From: a virus
Lineage: Duplodnaviria > Caudoviricetes
Virus record (IMG/VR): IMGVR_UViG_3300044676_000369
Location: 1-25,991 of that record
Direction: 5' to 3' (one strand)
DNA length: 25,991 nucleotides
The translations under genes were made by a program, and so were the position numbers. Shown here one piece after another: positions 1-9,864 of this stretch. Under the pieces are notes generated by a model, which saw nothing but the letters and a program-made list of their open reading frames with translations, had not been told where the DNA came from and did no database searches. Positions within the stretch are counted from its first letter, which is position 1. Each line of letters begins with the position of its first letter.

Positions 1-228
1 GAGTTTGTCAAGCTTTTCACTGATTTTTTCCATTCTATCCATGAGTCTACCCATGTCATCTTTTAATTCGTTCTTTGTTACGTAGTCTTTTGCAATCTCT
101 TCACGTGTTTTATTTAAGAGAATGTCAAGGCGTTTAGCCTCTTCTGTGTTTAATCTTATGCTGTAAAGCACTGGAGCTAACACCAAAGTTATGAAGATGT
201 TCCAAAACAAATATGGTGTTAATTCCAT
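1..228 (-). CDS. Small membrane protein (N-terminal TM helix plus coiled coil), possibly lysis or virion associated; truncated at window edge
   Basis: Not in the ORF track. My translation from ATG at 228: MELTPYLFWNIFITLVLAPVLYSIRLNTEEAKRLDILLNKTREEIAKDYVTKNELKDDMGRLMDRMEKISEKLDKL, open to position 1. It starts 5 nt after the stop of the 234-509 gene. Confidence 0.75.
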   Translation of the reverse strand, partial: MELTPYLFWNIFITLVLAPVLYSIRLNTEEAKRLDILLNKTREEIAKDYVTKNELKDDMGRLMDRMEKISEKLDKL

Positions 229-233
229 TGTGT

Positions 234-509
234 TTAACTGTTGTCAGTTATATAAGTTTTACCAGTTGCAACTGCTGTAGTGTAAGATGTTTTATCATCT
301 GAACTACCAGCTACGTCTGGAGTATCGTCATCTGAATCAACAGGTGCATAGGCTAAGACTAGTTCTATGTGGTCTACGTTCCTTTGTACCATTTCGTTAA
401 TATCAGACTGCTCCATGCCTTCAACATCCCAAGTTCCACCGTTTACACCGTTGATAAGTGTTACGCTATCTGTTGCTGATGTTAAGACTTCGCTTACTGT
501 TTGTGTCAT
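234..509 (-). CDS. Small acidic hypothetical protein downstream of the tail fibre (possible fibre-associated protein)
   Basis: 91 aa ORF with AGGAG Shine-Dalgarno upstream; operon position directly after the tail fibre. Confidence 0.75.
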   Translation of the reverse strand: MTQTVSEVLTSATDSVTLINGVNGGTWDVEGMEQSDINEMVQRNVDHIELVLAYAPVDSDDDTPDVAGSSDDKTSYTTAVATGKTYITDNS

Positions 510-529
510 ATTATTCTCCTTTTATGTTA

Positions 530-3500
530 TTACCCTTCTAGGGTTTCTATTCTTGTTGTTAATGCTTCTATTTTAGCATCTGCTTCTTGTAATGCTTTTA
601 CAAGCACTGGTATCAATGCTGTTTCAGCTACTTCTTGTGAACCATCTTCTCTATCGTCCCAAAGTCTAAAGCCATCTTTAATACTGCTATCAGCATCAAT
701 AGCTGCTTTAACTTCTTGAGCTATAAAGCCGTGGTTAGTGTCAGAGTTTTTAAAGACTTCTGTTGAATCAGCTTCATAAGCGTTAAAAGTTTCAGGTAAT
801 TCTCCGAGATTTTTGTACTTAAAGGTACGAGGCTGTAGAGCATTAATAAAGCTAAGACCTGCTGTAGAGTCTACAATGTCTTTTTTATATCTTTCATCAG
901 ATACTGTTGCCCATGTTGCAGTTCCGTGTACGGCTCTGATGTCAGATGTACCTTTACCGACAGTTGTGTAACCTCCTGCAGCATTTATGTCATAGCCAAT
1001 ACCATTTGCATAAGAGGTTGATGCACTTGAAGTATGAGAAAACGTACCTAATAAAGCGTTACCTGTTCCAGTTGTTATAGCAACAGATGACCTGCCTGAC
1101 TCTGAACCTAAACAAACATTGTGTGGACCTGTTGTAATAGCATCACCTGCTCTACCACCAATCAATGTGTTGTTTGTGCCTGTGGTCACTAAAAAACCTG
1201 CATCATATCCCATTGCTACGTTATAAGTATCTGCATTTGAAGATGGATTCATAGTTCCTAATGCACCCAAACCAATAGCTACGTTTCTGTCACCTACAAC
1301 ATTTGCATCTAATGCCAAATTACCAATAGCAATATTTCTATTACCAGTGGTGTTTGATGCTAAAGCAGAATCACCAATAGCAGTATTAAGGTTTCCTGTA
1401 GTGTTTAATTCTAAAGCATTTGTTCCAACTGCTGTATTGTTAGATGCTGTAGTGTTTCCTGTTAAAGCATTGTGACCTACAGCAGTGTTTGAACCACCTG
1501 TAGTATTGGCATCTAATGAAAATTGTCCGATTGCAGCATTTGAAGCACCAGTTGAATTAGAAGATAAAGCACTATACCCAAAGGCTGAATTGTTTGAAGC
1601 TGTAGTACTTTGATATAAAGCTAAAGAACCTACTGCGGTATTTTGAGTACCTGTAGTGTTTGATGTTAAAGCAAGTCTACCAACTCCAGTATTATTAGAG
1701 GCTACAGTATTTGCTCCTAAAGCTGCTCTACCAATCGCTACGTTATAAACACCTGTAGTATTTCCTGCTAATGCACTCCTTCCTACAGCAACATTATCTA
1801 CACCAGTAGTATTTGCTGAATAAGAAAACTGCCCTATTGCAACTGATTCATCACCTGTTGTATTACTAAGCCCTGCTCTTTCTCCAATAAAAGTATTACT
1901 TGATGCAGTCGTATTAGCAGAACCTGCATCTTTACCTAAAAATGTATTAAAAGCACCTGTAGTATTAACACCACCTGCGTTATAACCAAAAGCAGAGTTG
2001 CCACTAGCTGTTGTATTAGCATCTAAAGCTAAAGCACCAATAGCTACGTTATTCTCACCTGTAGTGTTTACTTCTAATGCTTGATAACCTACAGCAGTAT
2101 TAGATGTCCCTGTTGTTGTGTCTTGTAAAGCTACAAAACCTACAGCAGTATTACCTGTTGTTGTGTCTGATGTAAAGTTTTGATTTTCTAAAGCACCAAC
2201 ACCAACAGCAACTGACCTAGCTCCTTTTGTATCTAAACTTAAAGCAGATTTACCTATAGCAACATTATTTGTACCTGTTGTATTAGCATCTAAAGCATTT
2301 GCACCAACAGCGGTATTTTGTGTACCTGTGGTGTTTGCATATAAAGCATCTTTACCGACTGCGGTATTATTATCTGCAGTTGTGTTTGCTTGTAATGCTC
2401 TATCGCCTAGTGCCGTATTATTAGAAGCAGTTGTATTAGCTATTAGTGCTTGTTTTCCTACAGCTACATTATCTCCACCAGTTGTATTAGCAGTTAATGC
2501 ACTCCAACCAACAGCTACGTTATCAACACCTGTAGTGTTTGCTACTAAAGTACTTCTACCAATAGCAACATTGTAACTACCTGTAGTGTTGGCATCCATA
2601 GCATCTTCACCAAGTGCAGTATTTTGTTGACCAGTAGTATTAGAAGTTAAAGTAAAGTTACCAACTCCTACATTGTAACTTCCAGTCGTATTTGCATCTA
2701 AAGAGTTTGCTCCCACAGCCACGTTTCTTGTACCTGTAGTGTTTTCTTCTAATGCACTCAGACCTACCGCAGTGTTATTAGCTCCTGTAGTGGTCTTATG
2801 TAACGCTAGATAACCAGTAGCCGTGTTGTTAGAGGCTGTAGTGTTATAAAACAAAGAGTGCGAACCAACTGCTGTGTTGTAATTGCCTGTGGTGTTAGTA
2901 GTTAAAGCAGTATTACCTACAGCAGTATTTCTTGTACCTGTAGTGTTTTCTTTTAAAGCAGAATGACCAACTGCTGTGTTGGCATCTGCTGTTGTGTTTT
3001 CTGAAAGTGTTGCATAACCTATGCCTGTATTATTAGCACCTGTAGTGTTGGCATCAATTGATGCGTGACCAACTGCTACGTTTTGTGATCCTGTGGTATT
3101 TGCACCTAAAGCAGCTTTACCAACTGCTATATTGTTTGATGCAGTTGTGTTTGCATCTAAGGCTAAAGCTCCTACTGCTACATTATCAGCACCTGTAGTG
3201 TTTACTCTTAAAGCATCTTTACCTACTGCTGTATTATCATCTGCGGTAGTGTTTAATTCTAATGAACCTTTTCCAAGAGCTACATTTCCTGAACCTGTAG
3301 TGTTTCCAGATAATGATAGATATCCAAGTGCAGTATTATTAGCACCTGTTGTATTAGCATCAGCCACAAGTCCACCTATAAATGTGTTTTGTACACCTGT
3401 GGTTGTGTCTACACCTGCACTATAACCTACTGCTGTATTATAGGTATTTGCAGCACTGCTTACGTTGTGTGTGGCTAAAGCATTTTCACCTATTGCGGTG

Positions 3501-5089
3501 TTTCTATGTCCCACAGTGTTAGTGCTTAAAGTGTTATAACCAACAGCTACGTTGCTATTTGCTGTAGTATTTGCGTCACCCGAAAGACCACCGATGAAAG
3601 TGTTTTGTACGCCTGTGTTTATTAACCTACCTGCGTGATATCCAACAGCAGTGTTGTAAGTGTTAGCAGCACTACTGGGATTAGTAGCAAACAAAGCACT
3701 ATCACCTATTGCAGTGTTTCTACTACCTAAAATATTTGTACTTAGTGATAAATAACCTAATGCTGTATTATTTGAAGCTGTGGTATTAGCATCTAAAGCA
3801 TTTGTTCCAACTGCTGTATTAGAAGCACCTGTAGTGTTTACTAATAAAGCATTTTTACCAACTGCCACATTGTTAGAAGCAGTAGTATTAGCATTAAGAG
3901 CAGCATCTCCTATAGCAGTATTGTTAGAACCTGTTGTATTATCTGAAAAAGATGATTTACCTACTGCTACGTTACTACCACCTGTGGTATTAGCGTCACC
4001 AGAAAGACCACCTATGAATGTGTTGTTTGTTCCTGTGGTTACTGCTGCTCCTGAGTTATAGCCAATAGCAACATTGTAGTTATCAGAATCATTGTTTTGT
4101 GTTGTAAGTGCTTGATAACCTATTGCTACTGACCTGCTTCCTGTATCTTCTGCATCTAATGCACCATAACCTATCGCAACATTATGGTCTCCTGTTGTTA
4201 AATCATTACCTGACTCGTCACCTATAACAACATTATAATTACCACCACTTGCAATATTAGTACCTGCGTTGACACCTATGGCAGTATTACTTGTACCTGC
4301 TGTTAAAGTAGCTATATAAGAACTTGCATCTGAATAAAATCTAGCAGTACCACCAGCACTAAAAGCTAAAGTATTTGCACCACCTCTGTATATTCCAGTA
4401 TCTGTATCAGAAGCAAAAGCAATAGAAGGTGCAGAGTTTGAACCGTTTGAAACAGTTACTACGCCACCTACCGCTAGTGTAGAAGCCATATCCACAGCAC
4501 CATCTATATCTACTACGTCTAGGTTAGTAGTTCCGTCTACGTCTATATCGCCTGAGATGTCTAGTGAGGTAGCTGTTAAAACTCCTGTTACACCTAAAGT
4601 ACCACCAACGGTCATATCGTCAGTTACGGTTAAATCATCTTGTACTTTTAGATCTACTACGCTAAGACTAGCGAAAGCGTCAACAAATGCTGCTCCACTT
4701 CCTGCTCCGTCTGAATAAACTGCTTTAGTATCTCCTGCAGGAATAGTGATGTTGGCTCCACTACCTTGAGAGATAATTATATTTTGAGAGCCAGTTGTAG
4801 CATTTTCAATAAACCACATCTTGCTAACGGTGTTAGGGCCAATAGTAATAGTACAAGCTGAATCTAGGGTACCTGTATATTTAAGGTACATCGACCTTCC
4901 AGGGTCCGTTGCTCCGTCAGCTATAGTTGTTGCGTGTGTATCAGCGTTAGTTGTTATTGCTTCGGTACCATAACTAAAAGCTTCGCCTATTAGCTCTAAG
5001 TTTGTATTAGTAGTAGTACCCCAAGTTCCAGCTCCGTCACCTGTTGCTAATTCGTTAAGTCTTAAGTCATTTACGTATGTGCTTGCCAT
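530..5089 (-). CDS. Long tail fibre / receptor-binding protein with YadA-head-like 14-aa repeats and C-terminal intramolecular chaperone (peptidase S74-like)
   Basis: 1519 aa. Dozens of N[TV]A[VIL]GxxALxxNTT[GA] repeats. The C-terminus has the S74-type motif VSDERYKKDI...LQPRTFKY...HGFIAQEV and ends in a coiled coil. The N-terminus (ATGDGAGTWGTTTNTNL) resembles virion-anchoring domains. GAGGA SD upstream. Confidence 0.88.
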   Translation of the reverse strand: MASTYVNDLRLNELATGDGAGTWGTTTNTNLELIGEAFSYGTEAITTNADTHATTIADGATDPGRSMYLKYTGTLDSACTITIGPNTVSKMWFIENATTGSQNIIISQGSGANITIPAGDTKAVYSDGAGSGAAFVDAFASLSVVDLKVQDDLTVTDDMTVGGTLGVTGVLTATSLDISGDIDVDGTTNLDVVDIDGAVDMASTLAVGGVVTVSNGSNSAPSIAFASDTDTGIYRGGANTLAFSAGGTARFYSDASSYIATLTAGTSNTAIGVNAGTNIASGGNYNVVIGDESGNDLTTGDHNVAIGYGALDAEDTGSRSVAIGYQALTTQNNDSDNYNVAIGYNSGAAVTTGTNNTFIGGLSGDANTTGGSNVAVGKSSFSDNTTGSNNTAIGDAALNANTTASNNVAVGKNALLVNTTGASNTAVGTNALDANTTASNNTALGYLSLSTNILGSRNTAIGDSALFATNPSSAANTYNTAVGYHAGRLINTGVQNTFIGGLSGDANTTANSNVAVGYNTLSTNTVGHRNTAIGENALATHNVSSAANTYNTAVGYSAGVDTTTGVQNTFIGGLVADANTTGANNTALGYLSLSGNTTGSGNVALGKGSLELNTTADDNTAVGKDALRVNTTGADNVAVGALALDANTTASNNIAVGKAALGANTTGSQNVAVGHASIDANTTGANNTGIGYATLSENTTADANTAVGHSALKENTTGTRNTAVGNTALTTNTTGNYNTAVGSHSLFYNTTASNNTATGYLALHKTTTGANNTAVGLSALEENTTGTRNVAVGANSLDANTTGSYNVGVGNFTLTSNTTGQQNTALGEDAMDANTTGSYNVAIGRSTLVANTTGVDNVAVGWSALTANTTGGDNVAVGKQALIANTTASNNTALGDRALQANTTADNNTAVGKDALYANTTGTQNTAVGANALDANTTGTNNVAIGKSALSLDTKGARSVAVGVGALENQNFTSDTTTGNTAVGFVALQDTTTGTSNTAVGYQALEVNTTGENNVAIGALALDANTTASGNSAFGYNAGGVNTTGAFNTFLGKDAGSANTTASSNTFIGERAGLSNTTGDESVAIGQFSYSANTTGVDNVAVGRSALAGNTTGVYNVAIGRAALGANTVASNNTGVGRLALTSNTTGTQNTAVGSLALYQSTTASNNSAFGYSALSSNSTGASNAAIGQFSLDANTTGGSNTAVGHNALTGNTTASNNTAVGTNALELNTTGNLNTAIGDSALASNTTGNRNIAIGNLALDANVVGDRNVAIGLGALGTMNPSSNADTYNVAMGYDAGFLVTTGTNNTLIGGRAGDAITTGPHNVCLGSESGRSSVAITTGTGNALLGTFSHTSSASTSYANGIGYDINAAGGYTTVGKGTSDIRAVHGTATWATVSDERYKKDIVDSTAGLSFINALQPRTFKYKNLGELPETFNAYEADSTEVFKNSDTNHGFIAQEVKAAIDADSSIKDGFRLWDDREDGSQEVAETALIPVLVKALQEADAKIEALTTRIETLEG

Positions 5090-5118
5090 TTTTATTCCTC
5101 GTAAAAATTATATAGTAT

Positions 5119-5826
5119 TTATGCAGCAACTTCATCCCAATCTGGAGATTGTGTATCTGATACTGTAGTATAAGACGGACTCTGACTTTCATCAACTGGT
5201 GAGTATGATGGTGTCTGGTCTTCATCTATAAGACCCCAAACCAATACATCCCCAACAAGTCCTGTCATAGCATTTAATTCTGGAACTATATTTGCTTTAG
5301 CATTTACAGTTAAGCTGCCAACAGATCCAGTTGCTGCAATTCCGTCAACATGCACGCTGTTGACCAATATAAAGGTTGGTGTTCCTACTGCTGTAGTAGC
5401 AGCAAGTCCTGATACCGATATATTGTTGTTGGTAACTAAAGATGTGGTTCCAAGCGCCGAAGTGCTTTCAAATCCTGTTACAGATATATTATTAACCGTT
5501 GATAAGGTTATAGTACCTAAAGCAGATGTTGCTGCTATACCAGTTACAGATATATTGTTGACTGATGTTGTGGTTGCTGTCCCTAGTAAGCTTGCTGCTA
5601 AAACACCTGAAACAGGTACATTAGCTTCAGCTTGAATAGTTACGCTTAAAGAACCTAAAGTAGCTGTTACACCACCTACAGAAGCTATTGCTTGGGCATT
5701 GACTGCCGCAACGGGAGTTCCAGTTGTACCTGCAGCGGGTGCAGTTGGCTCGACTGGTATTGAGCCTTCACCAAAACCTAACTGGCCCCAGGTACCTCGA
5801 CCCCAACCGTTTAGGAAATCAGCCAT
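5119..5826 (-). CDS. Putative virion structural protein (T/S/V/G-rich beta repeats)
   Basis: 235 aa with a GWGRGTWG N-terminal motif and repeated NNISVTGxxATSALGT units; lies in the tail module. Confidence 0.7.
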   Translation of the reverse strand: MADFLNGWGRGTWGQLGFGEGSIPVEPTAPAAGTTGTPVAAVNAQAIASVGGVTATLGSLSVTIQAEANVPVSGVLAASLLGTATTTSVNNISVTGIAATSALGTITLSTVNNISVTGFESTSALGTTSLVTNNNISVSGLAATTAVGTPTFILVNSVHVDGIAATGSVGSLTVNAKANIVPELNAMTGLVGDVLVWGLIDEDQTPSYSPVDESQSPSYTTVSDTQSPDWDEVAA

Positions 5827-5827
5827 T

Positions 5828-6256
5828 TTAGGCTATACGTATAATTGCCGTAGACGCTGCTTTTGCTGGAAATACTACTGTAAAATCACCTGCGGTAGAA
5901 GTTTTATCTCCACCAAAGTCTATAGTTGCTACTGATTTATCACCGTTTGTATCGTTATAAATCATACAGCCTCTTGCTGTAATTGTAGCTGTACTAAAGG
6001 TTAGATCATTAAAGTCTGTTACTGCTGTAGTACCTGTAGCAGATGGCGTTACGTTTGTTAACGCAGAACCTCCTGAAGTATAGTTAGTACCACTAGCTTG
6101 TCCAGTCGTAGTAAAAGCAGTAGTAGTAGCTCCTAGAGTAGCTGAACTTGTATACAAGGCCAGTTTAAAACTATTACCACTTGAATTGGTAAAGTTATGA
6201 GTTCCAGTTAAAAGCTCTACTTTAAAGCTTGTTGTCAGAGTAGATGTTATTGCCAT
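5828..6256 (-). CDS. Conserved putative virion/tail structural protein
   Basis: 142 aa (MAITSTLTTSFKVELLTGTHNF...FKLALYTS...DFGGDKTST), a type I recognise from tail modules of environmental phages; tightly packed in the operon. Confidence 0.7.
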   Translation of the reverse strand: MAITSTLTTSFKVELLTGTHNFTNSSGNSFKLALYTSSATLGATTTAFTTTGQASGTNYTSGGSALTNVTPSATGTTAVTDFNDLTFSTATITARGCMIYNDTNGDKSVATIDFGGDKTSTAGDFTVVFPAKAASTAIIRIA

Positions 6257-6257
6257 A

Positions 6258-6557
6258 TTAAATACCTTTAATTATTTTTGCTAAATCCTCGCTACCTTGA
6301 CCAGATAAATCTTGAATTAAAGTAGCCTTATAAGATTTTAAAGCATTTTTAATATATATCAAACATACTTTGTATATTAGTTCCTGGTAGGCTCTTGCCT
6401 GAGCTTTAACATGCTCTTCATTATCGTCTGAAACTCCTACTATTTTTTCTGTTAATTGCTTCGCCCAAAACTCTGGAGGATGGCCTCCATACTGGGTCGT
6501 AGCAATTTCTACCATACCTAGTTCAGGCAATCCATCTGGAGTAATCTTTATTACCAT
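6258..6557 (-). CDS. Hypothetical phage protein
   Basis: 99 aa ORF with a TTQYGGHPPEFWA motif; overlaps the end of the upstream gene. Confidence 0.7.
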   Translation of the reverse strand: MVIKITPDGLPELGMVEIATTQYGGHPPEFWAKQLTEKIVGVSDDNEEHVKAQARAYQELIYKVCLIYIKNALKSYKATLIQDLSGQGSEDLAKIIKGI

Positions 6558-7303
6558 TTGTTTGGCTCTACAGGTTCATTTTTTTTTAGGTGAGTGTCAT
6601 TTCTATCTATCAAAATAGGTTCTTTTTCTTTTTCTGGCTTTTGATTTTTTACAACTTCACTACGATTCATACTCTGCAAATTACCTTCATCATCAGATAA
6701 AACAATTAAAGGGTCGTCTAAACGATGATAACCATATAACTTTTCTTCTGCTGGAACTGCTGCGTCAAGCAAGTAACTTGATTGAGCTACTTCTACTTTC
6801 ATTCCATCACTCATACATTTACTTAACCAAAATTCGGTACAAGCTCTTCCTGCTTCTGCAAAATATAAATTACCTTTATAACCAAAATCTACGCCAAACA
6901 TTTGTAAATGTCCTATTTTATTGTATAGAGCAAATGCTATTGCATAGGCAACGGTATTGTTAAGATAGTGACATCCCCATTCTTGTAATACTTCATTAAT
7001 TGGATATTCAACTAGACCAGGGCATCTTTCGTCTAATTCACATGTATATATAGGTCCTTGATGTTCTTTTAATACTTTAGCCATACTATTAGTTTGGCCT
7101 CCTGCATCATCAGTATCTAAAAACCTAGATGGTGGGTCCATCATAAAGACTCTATCATGGTATATAACGTCAGAAACTGCGTTAATTGCCCATACTTCAT
7201 CAAATTGTGCGCCATGTGATTTTGCCATACAGTAGTCAAACCAACTCCTGCCCATGCCAACAATGGCTACATTTTTCCCTTCAAGTTCCTTGATTGGATT
7301 CAT
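6551..7303 (-). CDS. Putative glycosyltransferase-like protein (GT29/GT42 sialyltransferase or MptE/Maf-like fold)
   Basis: Motif series VAIVGMGRS, VWAINAV, DRVFMMD, NTVAYAIAFAL, LQMFGVDF; strong AAGGAG SD. Confidence 0.55.
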   Translation of the reverse strand: MNPIKELEGKNVAIVGMGRSWFDYCMAKSHGAQFDEVWAINAVSDVIYHDRVFMMDPPSRFLDTDDAGGQTNSMAKVLKEHQGPIYTCELDERCPGLVEYPINEVLQEWGCHYLNNTVAYAIAFALYNKIGHLQMFGVDFGYKGNLYFAEAGRACTEFWLSKCMSDGMKVEVAQSSYLLDAAVPAEEKLYGYHRLDDPLIVLSDDEGNLQSMNRSEVVKNQKPEKEKEPILIDRNDTHLKKNEPVEPNKW

Positions 7304-7323
7304 ACCTATCTCCTTTTGTTAAG

Positions 7324-8001
7324 TTAACTTACTTGCGAGCGGAGTGAGTCATATCGGTATTCATCTCGTCTACCTCTTGCCTCGGCTCGTTCTTTTATTC
7401 TTGATATTTCTTGCGAAAATCTATTCTCATAATTTGCTAATAAATCTGGCTCACCTTTCATAAAAGTGTGGCCTTCAATTAAAGATGCGTATAGTAAAGC
7501 ATCTCTAGCATTAACAGATAACCAGGTCCCTGATGTATCTGAAACTAAACTTGTTGGTTTGTATAAGTAATGCAATTCTACTGTATAGTTTGCATCTGGT
7601 ACTGGAGCTAAAGCTATTGTTGATCCAGAACTGGAAGATGTAGAGTAAGCTTTATCATAATCTGCATAATATTTTGGCAGACCTCTTAAAGAAGTATCAC
7701 TTAAATCTGGAGTGTACTCTTGCATAAAACTTGGATGTTTTTTTAATAAAAAATGATAATCGTTTGTTGTTGAATCTATAACTGCTAATGAAAAAGTAAG
7801 AAGAAGATCATTTGGAGCTGTTAAAAACCTGTTTCCTGTTGTTACTGTACCTTGAACATTTTTACGAAATACATCTTCTTGAACTAAGTTAAATATTCTA
7901 TCTTCTGCATTTTTTACAAAATCAGCTATTGTTGAAACAAAAGTAGATTCATCATTGTTAAGATAGTTTTGAATTAATGTGCTTAGTTCTGAATAAGTCA
8001 T
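7324..8001 (-). CDS. Putative head-tail adaptor / tail tubular-like protein
   Basis: 225 aa with MTYSELxxxIQNY, GLPKYYA, LAPVPDANYTVELHY and DALLYASLIEG motifs typical of podoviral adaptor-like proteins. Confidence 0.6.
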   Translation of the reverse strand: MTYSELSTLIQNYLNNDESTFVSTIADFVKNAEDRIFNLVQEDVFRKNVQGTVTTGNRFLTAPNDLLLTFSLAVIDSTTNDYHFLLKKHPSFMQEYTPDLSDTSLRGLPKYYADYDKAYSTSSSSGSTIALAPVPDANYTVELHYLYKPTSLVSDTSGTWLSVNARDALLYASLIEGHTFMKGEPDLLANYENRFSQEISRIKERAEARGRRDEYRYDSLRSQVS

Positions 8002-8306
8002 ACTGTAATTGTAACCTCTCCTAAAGATGCTGTCATTCTATAACCAGGTATAGGACTACCAATTATATTATCATTATTACTTAATATGTAGCCTTCGCCA
8101 ACCTCTATATCGTTATTTGGTCTAGGCTCGTATAAAGCTTCTGGGTCTGATATAGCTGGTTTTGGCTCTAGCTGAGGGTGCTTTACTTCAAAACATTCTG
8201 AACAAGTCTTTAAATTATTCCATTCTTTTTTAAGATCTAATAATTTATATTCAAAACCACATCTATCGCATAAAGCTTTGGCAAATTTTGCTGAAGCATA
8301 AGCCAT
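7998..8306 (-). CDS. Hypothetical protein with two CxxC motifs (putative zinc ribbon)
   Basis: CDRCG and CSEC motifs followed by KHPQL; coupled to neighbours by overlaps. Confidence 0.7.
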   Translation of the reverse strand: MAYASAKFAKALCDRCGFEYKLLDLKKEWNNLKTCSECFEVKHPQLEPKPAISDPEALYEPRPNNDIEVGEGYILSNNDNIIGSPIPGYRMTASLGEVTITV

Positions 8307-8971
8307 TAACTTATATAAGGCCTAATTCTAAATGAAGCCCTATCCTCGTCTGTTGATGAAGCTCTTTCAAATTCTTCTTCATACATTTGTTTTAACATGC
8401 CTGACTTTTCTGGAGCTTTCTTTACTGATATGTAATAAGCTAAACCAGCTGCAAAACAAGGATAAAACCTAAAAGGCATATCCATAGTATTAATAGCTGT
8501 ATCAGCATCATCCATTCTTACCAATTTATTAAACACCAATACATCTGTAGAATTTTCTGGAGCTGGCCATACTTTTAAAACTGCTGCATTTTGTTTGTCT
8601 AAAAAGAATTGACTAGGCCTTCCTGTTGTTGCTTTGACTGGTATATTGAGATATTCACTACGACTTAATCTTCTCATAGATAAATCAGTCGTTACGCTTC
8701 CATCAGTTCTTCTAAGACTACAATCTAATATATCTATTACATTAGAATCTAAAGTATAGTTTAAAGTGTCTTTAGTAACAGTTTGAGTGGCTTCTTCTAT
8801 AGTCCATTGGTTTAGACCCCTATTGGCCCATTCAGCTAACATAAGATTAATAGAACGTTTTGCACTTACTAAGTCATAACCAGTACGTAATTCAAGACCA
8901 CATCTTTCAAAAGCTTCTTCAACAAACTCAGTTACGTTTGGTTCAAAATTTGTACTATTAGATGTTGCCAT
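8306..8971 (-). CDS. Putative head-tail adaptor / head completion protein (P22 gp4-like)
   Basis: 221 aa with EEAFERCG, EWANRGLNQW, GRPSQFF, LKVWPAP and GLAYY motifs; located between head and tail genes. Confidence 0.6.
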   Translation of the reverse strand: MATSNSTNFEPNVTEFVEEAFERCGLELRTGYDLVSAKRSINLMLAEWANRGLNQWTIEEATQTVTKDTLNYTLDSNVIDILDCSLRRTDGSVTTDLSMRRLSRSEYLNIPVKATTGRPSQFFLDKQNAAVLKVWPAPENSTDVLVFNKLVRMDDADTAINTMDMPFRFYPCFAAGLAYYISVKKAPEKSGMLKQMYEEEFERASSTDEDRASFRIRPYIS

Positions 8972-8973
8972 AA

Positions 8974-9654
8974 TTAATTTTCCTCTGGAGCATATAAATT
9001 GTTAAACGTTACTTTAGGATCCATATAACTCTCATGTTGTTCTGCTGAATGTGTCCATTGTGAAGGCATAAAATCTGGCGCTCCTTCACCTACACGCCAC
9101 AAAGCAGGATTCGTAGCTCTTACTCTATTATTAGGTAAAGCTACAAAATTACCAGTATACTCGCCAGCATCAGTTAAATATAACACATGTGACTGCTTAT
9201 GTTGAGCAGGGTCATCTGCTATTGAGTTATCAGTATAGTCTACAGTAAATAGATACTTACCAGTATGAAATTCTCCACCTATTTTACAAAGCCAGGGAGA
9301 TGAACTTACCCTATCTAAAACCACAACAGAATGTTCGTGACTTAAGCAATCCCAAGGTTGAGCTAAATGGTCTTCCATAGGAGTTGGCCATTCCTCTAAA
9401 GGAATATCTGCTACTAAAGCTTGGATAGGCATTCTTGCCCACATAGCGCCGCCATGAATGTTTGGCGCATCTTCTTCATTGTCTATTTCACATCCAGTAA
9501 AAACTACTTGAAATGATAAAGATCTATCTGGTAGTGTATTTACAGCTATAACAAGAGCATGCAAATACTCTCCGTGATAATTACTATGATTTGCTGTAAA
9601 TTCTTTTCTTACCCAACATTTAAACTGCGGTATGTTAGAAATTAAATATGACAT
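8974..9654 (-). CDS. Conserved hypothetical phage protein
   Basis: 226 aa, globular-looking, with GGAMWARMPI, AQPWDC, HKQSH and ALPNNRVR motifs; function not recognised. Confidence 0.75.
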   Translation of the reverse strand: MSYLISNIPQFKCWVRKEFTANHSNYHGEYLHALVIAVNTLPDRSLSFQVVFTGCEIDNEEDAPNIHGGAMWARMPIQALVADIPLEEWPTPMEDHLAQPWDCLSHEHSVVVLDRVSSSPWLCKIGGEFHTGKYLFTVDYTDNSIADDPAQHKQSHVLYLTDAGEYTGNFVALPNNRVRATNPALWRVGEGAPDFMPSQWTHSAEQHESYMDPKVTFNNLYAPEEN

Positions 9655-9666
9655 GTAAGGTGCAAA

Positions 9667-9855
9667 TTAAACTTTGCCGCCTTTTGACATATATTTAGTT
9701 CCTTTTGCTGCACCACCTTTGGCCATATACTTGGTACCTTTTGCAGCTCCGCCCATTGCCATATACTTAGTGCCTTTTGCTGCACCACCTTTAGACATAT
9801 ATTTAGTCCCTTTTACAGGTCCACCAGCAGCATACATTTTAGTTCTTTTAAACAT
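9667..9855 (-). CDS. Small basic protein built from a 12-aa tandem repeat (KGTKYMxxGGAA)
   Basis: 62 aa ORF with AGGAG SD and five [YM]xxGG units. Confidence 0.75.
   Translation of the reverse strand: MFKRTKMYAAGGPVKGTKYMSKGGAAKGTKYMAMGGAAKGTKYMAKGGAAKGTKYMSKGGKV
9676..9838 (-). repeat. 36-bp tandem coding repeat (about 4.5 units)
   Basis: Repeated catata[tc]tt[ag]gtnccttttgcngc units. Most variation is at third codon positions, so selection acts on the peptide. Confidence 0.85.
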
Positions 9856-9864
9856 TATATTCTC

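Noticed and set aside
2328-4061. Plus-strand ORFs 2328-2576, 3093-3425 and 3780-4061 (also 367-576 and 501-719)
   Set aside because: Antisense shadows of the repetitive tail fibre and its neighbour; their periodicity mirrors the minus-strand codons and they lack SD sites.
530-5089. Diversity-generating retroelement targeting the tail fibre
   Set aside because: No reverse transcriptase in the window and no template/variable repeat pair differing only at adenines was seen.
9676-9838. 36-bp repeat as a CRISPR array
   Set aside because: Units are directly tandem with no unique spacers, vary mainly at synonymous positions inside an ORF, and no cas genes are present.
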